20,000 nt of DNA from Spirogloea muscicola (GCA_009602725.1 WELB01000017.1:724985-744984), one strand, 5' to 3'. Numbered from the stretch's first letter, positions 11,401 through 20,000 are shown. Translations and numbers: made by a program. The notes: generated by a model not told the origin, from the sequence alone.

Positions 11401-12338
11401 CTCCCCTTCCTCCTCCTCCATTGCCAGCTTCTCCCCCTCCTCCTCCCTCTGCGCAGCCAAGTCCTGCCCTCTCCTTTCCCCCTGCTCTGCTCCTCGCGCC
11501 ACCTCCTCCTCCTCCCGGTCCCCCTATCCCATCTTCAGATGCTCCCCCTTTCCCTCCCCCTCCCCAAGACCCCATACCAACTCCCTTCTTCTTCCCGCTA
11601 CCTTCCCCACCTCCTTCCCCTTCTTTGGCACCTCTGCCTCTACCTCCACCTCCGAATGATGTCGTTCCAGTCCCACCAATAAGTCCTCCCTCTGCAACCT
11701 CGCCTCCACCCACAAAGTATCCCCCTCCAACATTCACACATAGCTCCGCGCCCAGCAAGTCTCCGCCTCCTGCTTCTCCAACTGATGTATCAGCCCCTGT
11801 TAGCGCCAAGCCACCTCTTCAGCACCCTCCGATCCCCTCTCCTAAGCCACGTCCAAGCGGGGGTGCCTCTCCCAACACAGTGAAGGCAAAGGCCCCTCCA
11901 ACTTTGCCAAGCAGTCCACCTGTACCTCCGAATCCTCCCACTGGCATTGCTCGTCAGCCCCCTGCTACTCCAAGCCCTCCTCGGCCACCCAAGGGCAGGA
12001 AGTACAGGGTGAACACGACTCTGGTCGCAGATGCACCACCCTGCATCTATCCGCCTCCATCTGGTCCTACTGGTCACCACCCTCCCAACCAGGGCCACCA
12101 TGTGTTCAGCTCATCTTCGATGCTCAAGTTCCTGTATGACATCCTATCTTTTGCAAAAGGCTCAGCTCGTCAGCCTCCCCCTCCGCCATCCCCTCCTCCA
12201 CCCCTTTGTAAACCTGCCATTGGCCACCATCCTAAGGGAGCTGGCCACCACATGAAGCCCCCACCTGCTGCTGAGATGGGGCCGCCTCTGCCTCCCAAGA
12301 ATATGCACCCTATCGAGGGTCACTCAACCTTCGGCTAA
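8481..12338 (+). CDS. PHI-1/EXORDIUM-like protein with long C-terminal Pro-rich extensin-like tail (7 exons, ~867 aa)
   Basis: Exons 8481-8615, 8813-8937, 9227-9383, 9582-9834, 10073-10163, 10393-10707 and 10811-12338. All introns are GT-AG with consistent phases (2604 nt total). Phi-1 motifs: YQGGPILSG..VYLVWYGTW, KWWN...YTDSTG, YSYG, LPADVNGVYFLITSADV, GYCSQH, YAVLGDP.QCPEQC, APNGNWAIDGL...ATNP, YNL.G.GG.RFAVQQIWD. ATG is in a gccATGG context. Exons 1-2 and possible extra introns in the last exon are less certain. Confidence 0.88.
10863..11990 (+). repeat. Low-complexity CCN-rich coding repeat (SP2-5 and poly-Pro, extensin-like)
   Basis: In-frame poly-Pro and SPPP(P) runs within the last exon; single N at 10969. 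Confidence 0.9.
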
Positions 12339-13133
12339 TGTAGCCAGGCAAGCTCCTAGGTTTGGTGGCAAAGCAAACCGGCTCCAATGCTTCCCCATTG
12401 TTGCGTGACATTACGAATGGCAAGTCGCCATCTCTTGTACATTCCGGTCTTAGCTTTTGCTGGCAGCAGATTTGAATACGAGGGTCGATGTTATGGTCTT
12501 GGTTGCCTAAGATGCCCATGCTGCACAGCCTTCTCACAAGCAAGTGATCCGATTGTGCAGCACCACCAACTCTAGTCATAAGTCGTGACAGTACAAGCAC
12601 GGTCATGACATGCTAAAGGTGTCACTCGCTTGAGCTAATGCTGTGCCCTTGCAGGGAACTTTGCGTCACATGCGAGCTTGATTCTACCCAATACAAGTGT
12701 CAGGGAGATTCATGCACTTCGCCAACTCTGTCCAGCAGCACAGGAGCAGGCAAGAGTTGCCTGCCCATCGTGCAGCCAGCAGGTGCTGGTAGATGCAGCG
12801 GCATGAAGTAGCAAGCGAATTGTGACAAGTATCTGATTGACAATAACATCTTAATAAGGTTTAACCGGATGGACGCATGACATGCAGCACTGCCAACATA
12901 ACATGCCCACTGTACAGCAATCAGTGAATTTAATGTCAAGAGCTATGTACCTCATCCATTGAGCATATCTGGGTCTAATATTGAAAAGTTCAGACTCCAT
13001 CTGAATGAATTCCGATTCTCTGTCAGTGACCTCACAATGTGATTTGGCCAAAAGTGTGATAGGACCAGGATATCGAAGAACATACTGAGCTGCACCTTCT
13101 GCTGGCAATTGTTGCTGTTGCTGTGCCAGGCGA

Positions 13134-14730
13134 CTAAAATGAGGGGAACTGCACGATCTTGGGACAGGCCCTGACTTTTGGAAAGACGGGGCAGTCAATA
13201 AGACTTCGAGCATCTGTATCCACGCAGATGTATATCTGCGTCAAAGTTACAGAATTGAATATTTCAAGAGAGGCTTGACCAGATCGGATTGCTATTTAAG
13301 CGCTTGTCACGGAGTCCGTGAAGTTCAATGTCTCAATAAAACAGAAATGGGTGTTTAGAAAGCAGCACACCTGGTACAGCTGGGGCCTCCTTGCTTCGTC
13401 CTTGTTGCACTCAATAGCCGGGGTGTACCCGGTGTAGCCTTCGATTGCATCTGTGATATCGCGAAGATTGTAGCTCGCTCTGTTTGCAAAAAGGGGACAA
13501 TGAGATGCATTTGCCAAAAGTTGGTATTGAGCCTCTTGCAGAAATCTACTGTTTGTCATCAATGCCATGTGTGGCAACTCCTCCTCCGTCTTGCAGAACC
13601 GGCAATAAGATGTCAGAGGTCCTGTACAAATAGTAATGTATGTCATTGAATAGCAGTACACACCCAGGCGTGATGCCGGCATCAGCAAGGGCCTTGGTGA
13701 CAAGTGTGTCATTCCACAGCTCCAGAGCAGCCTGCACATGTATTATTTGATTGACAGTGCAGATCTGTAAGGTAGACAACTGTCAGTGTAATAGATTGTC
13801 AAGTAACTGTAGCGGAGCCGCGCAGTGCTTGGGTGTTGTGCAGACTCATGCTAGGGAGCATGAGTCTCATGCGCCGTAGGCCAGACAGCTGGGAGTGATC
13901 TACAACATTAGCACAGCTGCTCCAAATATCGGTTAACCTCGAAGTAGGCATGCTCGTCCGACAGTGTATCAGCGCAGGTCCCATGCTTGCTCCACTCGTG
14001 CGACCAGAAGCTTTCGCCCTTGCTGGCAGGACAACTCAGCGTGTCCCAGAAGTCCTCCAAGTCGCTTTCCAGGTCACGAACCTGAAGATCACAGGAGGCA
14101 GCTGCTGGAGCACACATGAAGGCTGCATTGTCGTCGTCCTGAGCAAAGCTCGGCATTCTCAAGTCATCTGTTCTTAGATGTCACCAAGTCATGCGGGCAC
14201 AATTGAGCTGGCTTCCTGAAGAGTCAGAGGCGAACAGACTAACGAGCAGCGAGGATAATGCAGGTGAGGATGACAAAACCGATGCCTTGAGGATAGCTGC
14301 CATCCGCATAGTTGGGCCACAGTCCGTGAATGGAGAACTGGGCTTCGGGCTTGCCCTTGTCGGGATTGCAGCAGCACTCCCTATCGCAGGCAGTCCGCAC
14401 CAGCGCATGTGCAACTCAGCTGGTGCCCGAGTGGCAGGCTTGCCTCTGAGAGACTGCGTACCCCTGGCTACCGGCAGCTGTGGCACGACACGACAAGTGC
14501 CGAGCACCAGCTGGCAGGGAGGCTGCCGCTCAATGCACACCTTCGTGGCACAGGGGCAGCGAGGCGGAGAGCCGAGCAGGGGGGCTGCCGCGTGCCCACC
14601 TGCCGGAGTTGCAGTACGAGCCGGGCCACTGCTGCACGAAGAAGAAGAAGTCGAACCCGCCAGCACCGACGGCGTTGGCCGCCAGCGTCGTCGCCACCGC
14701 CTGCGCCAGCGCCGCGCCGCCCGCCGCCAT
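13134..14730 (-). CDS. Ribonuclease T2 family, plant class I (RNS1/RNase LE-like), secreted
   Basis: Exons (minus strand) 14730-14600, 14380-~14286, 14081-13938, 13731-13664, 13479-13371 and 13235-13134. Motifs: FDFFFFVQQWPGSYC, CAS I FSIHGLWPNY, CAS II FWSHEWSKHGTC, GYTPAIECN, QLYQIYICVD, and the C-terminus CPVFP...CPKIVQFPSF*. The exon 2-3 junction is unresolved. Confidence 0.92.
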
Positions 14731-14944
14731 GGTGCCTGGAGGTGGGGGGAGAGCTACGGCTGCGCGGGCGAGCGGGTGGGGGAGCTGGGCTCGCTGGAGC
14801 CACCTGGGCTAGCGTGTGTGGGCGGCACGACGAGATCCGAGCTGCGCACGAGCAAGCTGGATCACCACGCGGCGCGCTCGGAGAGGAGCCGGCGTGGAGC
14901 TGCAGCCCGCCCAGCTCCGGCTCGCCCTGGTTGCCTCGGATCTG

Positions 14945-15006
14945 CAGAAGAAGGTGCTCGCCCGTTGAGGTGGCCAGAAAAGGCCAGCCCAAGAGACTGA
15001 ACAGAA
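14945..15006 (-). mobile_element. Solo subfamily A-like terminal module upstream of the RNase T2 start
   Basis: agaagaaggtgctcgcccgttgag...aaaaggccagcccaagagactgaac on + is a diverged copy of the terminal module, ~215 bp 5' of the ATG. Confidence 0.6.
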
Positions 15007-15060
15007 TAACCACGAGCATCTGGCATGGGGGTGGCTGCATGCGAGTCACATGATTGCTAA

Positions 15061-15204
15061 CTTGGAATTCTTAGCACTCGATTGTTTCCTGGGGCTGCTC
15101 ACCAGGGGATATTGAGCACCCAGTGGCCACTTGGAATGCTTAGCACGCGATTCTTTCCTGCGGCTGCTCACCAGGAGACATTGAGCACCACGTGGCCACT
15201 TGAG
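15061..15204. repeat. 69-bp tandem repeat, two units plus a fragment
   Basis: 15061-15129 and 15130-15198 align without gaps (cttggaat.cttagcac.cgatt.tttcctg.ggctgctcaccagg.ga.attgagcacc..gtggcca). Confidence 0.9.
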
Positions 15205-15428
15205 TCGCTGTGTGCTTAGCGCTTGTCTGGTCCCTTTGAACATCGTTCATTCTTATTCTGGGCTGGCCAATTATGCACTAGAAGAGACTACTTGAAGAGT
15301 CTCTTCTAGTAGAGGCCGATGGCTGTGAGAAGAAGTGGCCCTCCCAATGGGGGCAAGGGCTGTTAGCCAGGGGCGGTGCCGGGCTTTTATGCTGCCGGCT
15401 CGCTCGCTCAGGTCTTTCGGGGGGCTAG

Positions 15429-15925
15429 AAAGCGCGGCCAGGTTGACTGGTGGCTGGGAAAAGCCAGCTCAAAGGAAGGGACAAGGTCTGAAGGAGCCGG
15501 AGTGCGAAGGACTAGGACTAAGACATAAGCCAGGGAACGCTCAGTAACCTCTAGTTAGGAGATGCCAGTCTGAGTAGCTAGCCGGCGGAAAGACGTCGCC
15601 CTGACGGAAGCCGGAGGCCGCCGCCTAAGAAAAGAAAGAGCTCGCCCATAGAAGAGAGGGGCCTAAGCTCGGCCTGCGCGCAAGTGAACCGCGAAGGCAA
15701 GGGACCGCTGCATCGAGATGGCCAAACGCATTCGGAAGACTTGAGCGAGGTACCCGGCGACGTTGAAGCCGGGCTGCTCGCCCTGCTGCCCGAGGCGGCG
15801 GCCGCTGCACGCCGCGCAAGGCGGTGAAGCAAGTCAAGCCATTTCGAGCCCGTGCTCCGTGCACGTCGACTGCCAGTGGAACGAACTCGTCTCCCACCGG
15901 GTGGTCCGAGTACTTCCGTTCCTTT
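15429..15925 (-). mobile_element. 5'-truncated RLE retrotransposon, subfamily C
   Basis: Minus translation KERKYSDHPVGDEFVPLAVDVHG...(frameshift)...EQPGFNVAGYLAQVFRMRLAISMQRSLAFAVHLRAGRA*AAASGFRQGDVFPPASYSDWHLLTRGY*, then 3' UTR and C-type terminus. Confidence 0.85.
15630..15660 (-). mobile_element. 31-bp subfamily B 3' terminus inserted with a 7-bp TSD
   Basis: GCCTAAG at 15623-15629 and 15661-15667. The homolog at ~6938-6960 has the empty site. Confidence 0.9.
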
Positions 15926-16114
15926 TCGCCGTTCCGTTGCTCACACGTGGACACTGAGCATCCATCTGCATCTCCCTCCACACCGTCCTGTGCTTTGTAG
16001 TGTAGTCCTTTTCCGGCACTTTGTTCTTTGGCTTTGGACATTGTCCATTCTTTTTGGGTTGGCGTTGCCAGCCCCCCTTCTCGTACTGCCGATGTCCCCC
16101 GCCGCTGCTCCCCC

Positions 16115-16390
16115 GTCTCGCTGCAGAGGTCTATGGCCCGGGCGTTGCACCTTCGTGCCGGCAGAGCCCTCGCTGCTGCCTCTGGCTCTGGCCGAGGGAC
16201 CCACTTCCACGAGCCTAGGATCTCCGACCTGCGGCTGCTTAGCAGAGGTTACCAAGTGATTCGTAGCTGCTTTGTTTCTCTGTGTGCTTATTTTTCTTAG
16301 CGCTTCCCCTGGCACCCTTCTCGTACTCTGTTCATTCTTTTTTGGGCTGGCTTTTCCAGCCCCTATTCTCAATGGGCGAGCACTTCCTTC
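16115..16390 (+). mobile_element. 5'-truncated RLE retrotransposon, subfamily A
   Basis: VSLQRSMARALHLRAGRALAAASGSGRGTHFHEPRISDLRLLSRGY followed by a UTR and an intact terminal module at 16330-16385. Confidence 0.85.
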
Positions 16391-16414
16391 TCTATGGGCG
16401 AGCTCTTCTCTTTT

Positions 16415-16710
16415 CGCCCGCCGCTTGACCGACTGCGTAGCCCGCCTCCTCCGACGACCGTTTGGCGCTGCTGGAAACAAAGCAGTCAGTCGTAACATCG
16501 GCGGCGATGAGCCGAGGCCCCGTGCGGAGCGCGCTGGCGACGAGGTCGGCGCGCCGGGTGTGGATGCGGCCATCCGCCCCAGCGGTCGGAGGCATGACGC
16601 TGGTGTTCTCGAGCGCCACCGTATAATCGGCCTCGACAAAGATGCCAAACATGGCATTCTGCAGCAGGTCGTGTGTTCCTGTCCGCTCCCCAAGGGCTCG
16701 GGTCGCTCGG
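16415..16710 (-). mobile_element. Restriction-like endonuclease (PD-(D/E)xK) core fragment of a non-LTR retrotransposon
   Basis: Minus ORF LGERTGTHDLLQNAMFGIFVEADYTVALENTSVMPP...RRADLVASALRTGPRLIAADVT matches the R2-group pattern RH(D/N)...V..E...R/K-P-D-x(12-15)-D-V. Confidence 0.8.
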
Positions 16711-16764
16711 GCCACCAGTCAATCTGGCCGCGCTTTCTACTTTTGCATGCGGCTCTCCCTGTCT

Positions 16765-17220
16765 CTCTAGCGCTCTCTGGCTCACGCGGTCCACACGCGT
16801 GCCGGCCGCGCTATAGCTGCTGCCTCAGGGTCTCGCCGGAGTGCTCCTTTTCCTGCAGCGAGTTACTCAAAGTTGATGTTGCTCACTCGCGGGCACTGAG
16901 CTTCCATCTGCATCGCCTCGTGTCTAGTCGTGTAGTTTTTACTTTCGGCACCTTTTCTTCGGCCTTCGGATGTCCATACTTTTTGGGCTGGCTTTGCCAG
17001 CCCCTCTTCTCTCATGCTTTGCACCAGAAAGCTGGGCGAGCTCTAGTTGGTGGCAGAAGGGCTTGGAAAGTCATCTGGTATTCAGGGATTACTCAGCGAC
17101 CTTCATGAGCAGACCCGTGCTTGATTTGCAGGTAAGATGCAGTGGGTACCGCATGTCATCAGACGTGCTTGCTGTTGTACTTGGCCACTTTGGCCTTCCG
17201 TAATTTCTATGCACGCAAGC
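16765..17220 (+). mobile_element. Subfamily B copy (16765-17012) followed by a subfamily E copy
   Basis: RSLAHAVHTRAGRAIAAASG...SYSKLMLLTRGH* with UTR and terminus, then ALHQKAGRALVGGRRA..., which is homologous to 19805-20000. Confidence 0.75.
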
Positions 17221-17649
17221 TCTTTTTGAAAGAGCGCACTCCTAAGGGGGCGGGGGCTATTCACGAAGTGGCTCTGCCAAAGGGGGCGAGGGGTGTGAAA
17301 CGCCAGCTCAGAAAGAAAAAAGAAATCGTGTCTAGGAAACAAACGAAGGCCAAGATGGCCAAGTAAAGAGAACAAGGTCAGAAAAGGATGACAAGGTCCA
17401 AAGGGGGATTGTTTTCCACTAGCTACTCTGTCAGATTTGAGGCTCCTCACTCGTTGCTATCGAGTGATCCTTCCGACCCCTGTTTTGAGAATTGCGCTTC
17501 TGGCCCCTTCGTAGTGTGGCCCCTTCGACCCTTGTCAACTAAACGTCGCGAAAACGACACACATGCAGCTGGCAAACCCATCTCAGCCAGTAGCACGTGC
17601 GCGTCGTGCCTTGCCTAGAGTAGCAAATTTCTCGAGGAAAGTATAGTCC

Positions 17650-17835
17650 TCCTAAATTTCTTGAGGACCTCTATACACAAAGATGTCAACTGCAGCTGGC
17701 AGGAGCTGATTGTAGGGGGCGTAGTCGATTTAGTGCTGCAGCTTTCCTTTCTCTGCACTGCCCACCTCGTGGCCAGCGATGTGGGTTGAGGCTGTACCTT
17801 TGTATGCCTCTGTAACGACGACATCAACCAGGGAC
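17650..17835 (-). mobile_element. Divergent RLE endonuclease fragment
   Basis: Minus translation LVDVVVT...AGHEVGSAEKGKLQH*IDYAPYNQLLPAAVDIF matches the DV.V...AE..K..KY...P.A.D pattern; contains a stop codon. Confidence 0.6.
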
Positions 17836-18399
17836 CGTGGTCCTCTACCAGCATCTCTGATCTGCGGCTGCTTAGCAGGGGATACTGAGTGTCTCGTAGC
17901 AGCTTTGTTTCTGTTACTTAGCGCTTCCCCTGGCCCCCTTCTCGTACTCTGTTCATTCTTTTTCGGGCTGGTTGTTCCAGCCCCTATTCTCAATGGGCGA
18001 GCACTTTCTTCCTCTACCAGGTCTCAATGGGCGAGCCCTTCTCTCTACCAGGTTGTACGCCTACAATGTCTAGGGTGCGGTGATAATGACGTCCTTGGGC
18101 ATCCGTTAGACGTCCTTGGTCCTTAGGTAAAAAGAAAGTGCTCGCTCATAGAGAAGAGAGGCTGGCAAAGCCAGCTCACGAACATAGAAGAGAAGAAGTG
18201 GCTCTCCCAATGGGGCCAAGGGCTGTGAAAAGCCAGACCGAAAAGAAACTAGAATGTTTGAAGAAATGGCTCGCCCAAAGGAAAGAGAGGCTAGCAAAGC
18301 CAGCCCAGAAAAGAATGGACAATACCCGCAGGCCACAACGGCCACAAATCGGTGCCGAAAGAATGAGAAGGTTCGAAGAAATGTCGTGCATTTGAAAGA

Positions 18400-20000
18400 A
18401 ACGAAGGCCAAATGGCCAAGTTCAAAGGCAAGTGCATCTTAAGACCTACATAACCTACAGCAGATTGACGCGCTCAGTGACCACGGGTCGAAACATAAAG
18501 GTCGCTAATCGATGCCTAAATCATAAATGTCAGATACGAAGCCCTTCTGCCACCAACTAGAGCTCGCCCAGCTTTCTGCGAAGAGGCCAAATTACGAAGG
18601 GGCCAAAAGCGCTGCATGAGAAGTGGTGTCGAATGAATCACTCAATAAGTACAAGTGAGGAGCCTCAAATCAGACTAGCTGCCGGAAAGAAAGAGAGAGG
18701 AGCTCGCCCAGGACAAGTGCTCGCCCATTGAGAATAGGGGCTGGAAAAACCAGCCCGAAAAAGAATGAACAGAATACGAGAAGGGGGCCAGCGGAAGCGC
18801 TAAGAAAGAAAGCAAGCGCGGCCAGATGGACTGGTGGCTGGGAGAGGCCAGCCCAAGGGAATGGACAAGGTCTGAAACTCGTGCTTTGTTCATTCTTTTT
18901 TGGGCTGGCTTTCCCAGCCCCTATTCTCAATGGGCGAGCCTTTGTTTTTGAAAGAAGGAAGGGCTCGCCCATTGAGGATAGGGGCTGGAAAAGCCAGCCC
19001 CAAAAAGAATGAACAAAGTACGAGAAAGAAAATTTCGTGTATAAGAAACTAATGTAGGCCAAATGGCCAAGTACAAGGCGAGCACATCTAAAGATCTACA
19101 TGACCTACAGCAGATTGACCGGCTCAATAACCACGGGTCAAAACAGAAAGGTCACTAATCGATGCATGAATACTAGATGCCAGAAACGAAAAAGGGGACC
19201 AGGGGAAACGCTAAGAAATACAAGCACAAAAAGAAACAAAGCAGCTACGAATCACTCAGTAAGAAGGGCCCGCCCATTGAGGATAGGAGCTGGAAAAAGC
19301 AGCCCAGAAAAGAATGAACAAAGTACAAGAAGGGGCCCAGGGGAAGCGCTAAGAAAAACAAGAACAAAGAGAAACAATGCAGCTACTAATCACTCCGTAA
19401 CCCCTACTAAGCAGCCGCAGGTCAGGCTAGGCTCCTGGAAGTGGGTCCCGCGGCCAGAGCCAGAGGCAGCAGCGGAAGTGCTCGCCCATAGAGAAGAGGT
19501 ATTTCTTTCATTTGAAACAAACGAAGGCCAAATGGCCAAGTACAAAGAAGAAAGTGCTCGCCCATTGAGAATAGGGGCTGGAAAAGCCAGCCCAAAAAAG
19601 AATGAATGAAGTACAAAGGCAAGCACATCTAAAGACCTACATAACCAACAGCAGATTGACCCGCTCAGTAACCACGGGTCAAAACATAAAGGTCGCTAAT
19701 CGATGCCTGAATAGTAGATGTCAGATACGAAGCCCTTCTACCACCGACTAGAGAAGAGGGGCTGGCAAAGCCAGCCCAAAAGGAGAGATCGTGTATTAGA
19801 AAGAAATGTAGGCCAAATGGCCAGGTACAAAGGCAAGCACATCTAAAAATCTACATAACCTACAGCAGATTGACCCGCTCAATAACCACGGGTCAAAACA
19901 TAAAGGTCACTACTCGATGCATGAATACTAGATGCCAGGAACGGAGCCCTTCTGCCACCTACTAGAGCTCGCCCAGCTTTCTGGTGCAAGGCACTAGCCT
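18400..20000 (-). mobile_element. Four subfamily E copies (~18400-18580, ~19055-19185, ~19520-19750, ~19752-20000) interleaved with subfamily A, B and C termini
   Basis: Repeated block ggccaaatggccaagtacaaaggcaagcacatctaaagacctacataacc...ccacgggtcaaaacataaaggtc. Minus translation LHQKAGRALVGGRRAPFLASSIHASSSDLYVLTRGY*. Confidence 0.8.

Larger units (their letters stand above)
15245..20000. mobile_element. Nested cluster 2 of 5'-truncated RLE non-LTR retrotransposon copies (continues past the window end)
   Basis: About 25 full or partial terminal modules (counted by eye), ORF ends of subfamilies A-E, two endonuclease-core fragments and TSD-flanked nested inserts. Confidence 0.85.

Noticed and set aside
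10363..11809. Gly/Glu-rich antisense and alternative-frame ORFs
   Set aside because: Shadows of the CCN-rich Pro-coding exon.
12299..12306. P1BS phosphate-response motif GAATATGC
   Set aside because: It lies inside coding sequence, not a promoter, and a motif with six fixed bases is expected by chance in 20 kb.
16330..16390. Rho-independent terminator, bacterial REP or HDV-like ribozyme
   Set aside because: The T-run precedes rather than follows the hairpin on the sense strand and the DNA is eukaryotic. I could not build the nested double-pseudoknot HDV fold by eye.
18130..19800. CRISPR-like array of palindromic repeats
   Set aside because: Spacing is irregular, orientations are mixed, and the intervening sequences are themselves repeated. 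There are no cas genes and the context is eukaryotic. Retroelement 3' ends with TSDs explain the pattern.

Overview
Eukaryotic, plant-lineage genomic DNA with GT-AG introns; a streptophyte alga or similar is my inference. There is an assembly gap at 490-1295. Two convergent intron-containing genes occupy the centre. (i) A 7-exon PHI-1/EXORDIUM-like gene on + (8481-12338, ~867 aa), whose domain is fused to a ~490-aa extensin-like Pro-rich tail ending in duplicated His-rich motifs. (ii) A class I (RNS1-like) RNase T2 gene on - (13134-14730) with both catalytic motifs but an unresolved segment after CAS I. The flanks (about 3435-7710 and 15245-20000) are nested piles of 5'-truncated non-LTR retrotransposons carrying a restriction-like endonuclease (RLE; R2/CRE group). 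At least five DNA-divergent subfamilies share a C-terminal peptide (...LQRS.A..H.RAGRA...SDLxxL[TS]RG[YFH]*), a ~55-nt 3'-terminal hairpin module and short (TTC/TTTC)n tails instead of poly(A). Several ultra-short copies (31-121 bp) sit inside older copies flanked by 6-11 bp target-site duplications (TSDs) ending in AAG-like bases. This points to a self-targeting retroelement system primed by tail/target microhomology, which is the most interesting signal in the window.
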